From Ramazzottius varieornatus (lineage: Eukaryota > Animalia > Tardigrada): 64,000 nucleotides of DNA. Below the pieces are notes generated by a model. That model had not been told where the DNA came from and did not search any database. It worked only from the letters and a program-made list of their open reading frames with translations. Made by a program: the position numbers and the translations under genes. The stretch lies in contig BDGG01000003.1 of assembly GCA_001949185.1 (NCBI GenBank), positions 4,137,158 through 4,201,157 of the forward strand, given 5' to 3'. This document shows positions 62,917 to 64,000 of the stretch, piece after piece. The first letter of the stretch is position 1. Every line of letters begins with the position of its first letter.

Positions 62917-63800
62917 ATGTTCCTCAAGCTGAGCTTCTGCATTGTGGCGCTGCTCACCCTCATCTTTCTCTTTCTGGACCGTATTGAGACAACAGGTAGG
63001 TCTGTTTGCACGCGTATAAGATGAAAGATAAGTCATCCACACGGATGAATGTTCTGTTTTAAAGCCATTGAAGAGAATTCCAACGAACAATATTACCGTG
63101 GGCCACCTGCTGAATTGGACTACTTCGATTTCGTCGCCAGAGCCATAGGAGCTGACATTCTCGAAGACGCTCCTCCTTCAAAGGCTAAACCAACAGAATC
63201 AGATCAGCACCGCGAAGTGGTCGAGACCGTCAAGGAAGAATCAGTGTCCGTTGCAGCTGCTAGAGACAAACTTACTACTGTAGCTGACGAGAAAGAGGTT
63301 GTACTTGAGCAGAAGAGTGTGGTTTCTACGCTAGAACACCACTGGGATACCGTAGAGGCTCAGGATTTGTGGGACTTGTTCGACGTTGGTGCATACATAA
63401 CGATTCTCTTCCCTGATCCGTTCCAAGCCTACGTCTTCTCTGGGCTGTTGGTCTGGTTACTTTCCGCGCTGGTTCTACTCCGTCGTGAGTGGAAAAAGTC
63501 CAGCAGGATTGTGCTTGAAGTGTACCTACAACAAGGAGCAGGTTTGTCCTGTTCTGTGAATGTGGTCATGTGAGACACAAGCTCGACAAAGTTGTTTTTC
63601 CAAGTGGCGCACCTTCTCAGTGAATAACACTGTTAATTGTGCACTACTTGACGAATCAATATTGTCGACGTTGTTTGATGAGCTCTTATCCTATCAGAGC
63701 TATCACCGATTTTTTATGTCTTACAGAAGCGACTCAGCTTGTGGAGGACAGATACAAAGACCAGCTGAACCTTCCCGGGGAATATTCTCTGTTAGCTTGA
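62917..63800 (+). CDS. Uncharacterised protein with signal/TM N-terminus, acidic middle and C-terminal TM
   Basis: Three exons join in frame (62917-62995, 63065-63541, 63727-63800). An alternative ATG lies at 62791. Confidence 0.6.
63573..63677. repeat. Intronic palindrome family (orphan-gene intron)
   Basis: Full arms, 26-nt spacer. Confidence 0.9.
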
Positions 63801-63833
63801 AGGTTCTTCGTACCCATCCAGCACAAAGCAGGA

Positions 63834-64000
63834 ATGTCTGCGCTGAAGAAGTTTTTTGACAAGGTCAAGAAAGATACTAAGTTTAAGAAGGCCGGTGAAG
63901 GACGTTCGCTGCGTGATGAAGATGACCGACCACGCGTTCGACCGGAAGTATCGCATTCTCAAGCTTCGGTCTCCGCTCCTCGCAAAACCAACGTAGACAG
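63834..64000 (+). CDS. UBXN6: UBX domain protein 6 (UBXD1), N-terminus; truncated by the window edge
   Basis: MSALKKFFDKVKKDTKFKKAGEGRSL matches the conserved UBXN6 N-terminus. Confidence 0.75.
   Translation, partial: MSALKKFFDKVKKDTKFKKAGEGRSLRDEDDRPRVRPEVSHSQASVSAPRKTNVD

Noticed and set aside
2060-63677. Palindrome family as Introner elements (element = whole intron)
   Set aside because: The copies sit inside introns, with unrelated flanks supplying the splice sites, and most junctions lack direct repeats.
1-64000. CRISPR array, REP/BIME or other prokaryotic system suggested by the palindromic repeats
   Set aside because: The repeats are dispersed in spliceosomal introns of animal genes. 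There is no regular array and no cas or transposase ORF.

Overview
Eukaryotic (metazoan, probably ecdysozoan invertebrate) genomic DNA from a very compact genome. About 25 spliced protein-coding genes are packed into 64 kb, most introns are ~50-70 nt, and there is one 46-nt N gap. Recognisable genes, in order: Vav, MALSU1/RsfS, a Jhy-like gene, a gustatory-receptor-like 7TM gene, a divergent RBBP4/7-like gene, VPS16, a serpin, a GLYAT-like/GNAT array (one intact copy, one pseudogene, one fragment) with an intercalated BTB gene, TMEM50, a degenerate PRMT, RNF26-like, NDUFV1, DDX1, PLA2G15/LCAT-like, a novel acidic disordered repeat protein, an Sxl/ELAV-like gene, an importin-13/transportin-3-like gene, Merlin, ZnT1-like, a two-domain HDAC6/10-like gene, an orphan membrane protein, and the start of UBXN6. 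The main unexplained structure is a dispersed ~105-bp palindrome, consensus ggcaaacaaactcgacaagattgttttcccAAGTGGCGCAC-N25-GTGCGCCACTTgggaaaacaatcttgtcgagtttgtttgcc. It occurs at 24 sites (28 core units), almost all inside enlarged introns. It has a near-fixed 25-nt spacer, compensatory changes between arms, G.U wobbles that tend to follow the transcribed strand, and double-core Y-shaped variants. Most other long introns also carry fold-backs from unrelated families, including a nested pair of TA-flanked MITEs. Gene models and counts were made by eye, exon boundaries are approximate, and no database searches were run.
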